From Neoconidiobolus thromboides FSU 785 (Eukaryota; Fungi; Entomophthoromycota), in contig MU626274.1 of assembly GCA_025603075.1 (NCBI GenBank), forward strand, positions 1 through 64,000: DNA of 64,000 nucleotides, given 5' to 3'. Positions 63,045 to 64,000 of this stretch are shown here, piece after piece. Numbering within the stretch: position 1 is the stretch's first letter; each line of letters starts with the position of its first letter. The position numbers and the translations under genes are program-made. The notes beneath the pieces are model-generated. The model saw only the letters and a list, made by a program, of their open reading frames with translations, did no database searches and had not been told where the DNA came from.

Positions 63045-63529
63045 TATATGTTAATTTGGCTAAATTAAGTTTTATTAAATTTCTATTTGAAGTTTTTTTT
63101 CAATTGATTTTCAAAAAATTGTACTTTTAATGCACTAAATTAACTGGCATTTCTATGTTTTAAATTGGTTTATAACAATAATTAGCTACTTAATTTGCTA
63201 TAAATAGATGTTAATATAATCAGAGTAAGCAAAATGTTACATATTTAGTGTATTCATTATTGTATTACAATAAATAAGCACTTTAAAAAGCACATATTAT
63301 TGTTATATTTGATGATAAAATTTGAAAAATATCAATTGCAAACTGGTCCATTATTTATTGGGGGTAATTATACATGTATATTTAAAATATCAATATTTTT
63401 TCATAAAATTAAACTAATCTATACATTTCTTAAAATTGTTTTTGCAGCAGTATGGGTGAAACTATTGCCTACGTGATGAATCGACTACATACTATTATTT
63501 TTACTGTTTATGGATAAAGACGTTTATAT

Positions 63530-63627
63530 GGGGATGCTTTTTTTGGTTTCATTACTTTTTTGTTTTTTAAGCGCTATTTGAATGGAAAGATTGTTAGTAA
63601 AATTCTTAAACAAAAAAATACATCCTC
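63530..63627 (-). mobile_element. MITE copy 21
   Basis: Family TIRs and core, ATAT/ATAT flanks. Confidence 0.88.
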
Positions 63628-64000
63628 ATATATTATTATAATTAAATCACTCCAACATTCAAATTGCATAATAAGGTTTCTAATGACTTTCCAAGTATGT
63701 GTGGATAGAATTCAGTTTAAGGCTACATAATGAAAACTTTAAAACTAATATATAAATGTATTTTGCCAAGCGATTGTGCAAATTCTGTATCTTTAAATAT
63801 ACTAAATAATAAAAATAAGCCATAATATTTAAATTAAAAGGAGAATCACTAATCTAACAGTTCGTGACAAAATATAATAATTTTTTTAAAGGGTGTTTAT
63901 TGCTTATAATGTAATTGTATTATTGGTAAGGGTGTAAAACAATAAATAATAATCTGGTATGATTAATGTTTAAAAAGAACAGTAGAATGCTCAACTTTTA

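Noticed and set aside
63473-63530. Box C motif GTGATGA (similar hits at 37195 and 38290)
   Set aside because: No box D at a suitable distance or no closing stem.
1-64000. tRNA, rRNA, CRISPR arrays, U12-type introns
   Set aside because: No T-loop/B-box cloverleaf, rRNA signature, repeat-spacer periodicity or U12 donor at an exon boundary was found by eye. The MITEs are dispersed, not arrayed.

Overview
Left end of a chromosome from a very AT-rich eukaryote with tiny (about 40-60 nt) GT-AG introns. The gene set is fungal; the TTAGGG telomere, composition and expanded intronless class-A-like 7TM receptors suggest an entomophthoralean (Conidiobolus-like) fungus, which is an inference. Layout: telomere (1-156); a 226-bp fold-back inverted repeat wrapped round a MITE (628-1283); a compact housekeeping block (2.4-29 kb: proteasome alpha7, syntaxin, HAD phosphatase, two mitochondrial-carrier-family genes, MUB1/samB, Gfo/Idh/MocA oxidoreductase, FEX fluoride exporter, glomulin/ALF4-like, RPS28, TPR protein, Nit1, mRNA capping enzyme); an accessory island (29.9-49 kb: three intact 7TM receptors, a receptor pseudogene, secreted proteins, a LINE relic, 12 MITEs, an interstitial telomere seed, PTH1); then MAS2, a very long NOT4-like gene, TOM22, muskelin and a small Cys-rich secreted protein with a decayed paralog. 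Main observations: (1) a ~98-bp GGGG...CCCC MITE family (21 copies) whose 4-bp target duplication can be inferred from empty-site and reading-frame comparisons inside the window, and which has inserted into two receptor pseudogenes; (2) a capping enzyme whose stop codon lies inside a 44-nt intron that, when spliced, adds a ~1010-aa disordered tail; (3) a 161-aa stand-alone protein with a MAPK docking motif, 10 SP sites and tandem DSGxxS-type degrons; (4) a possible fossil chromosome end at 47 kb. Gene models were spliced by eye and no database searches were run.
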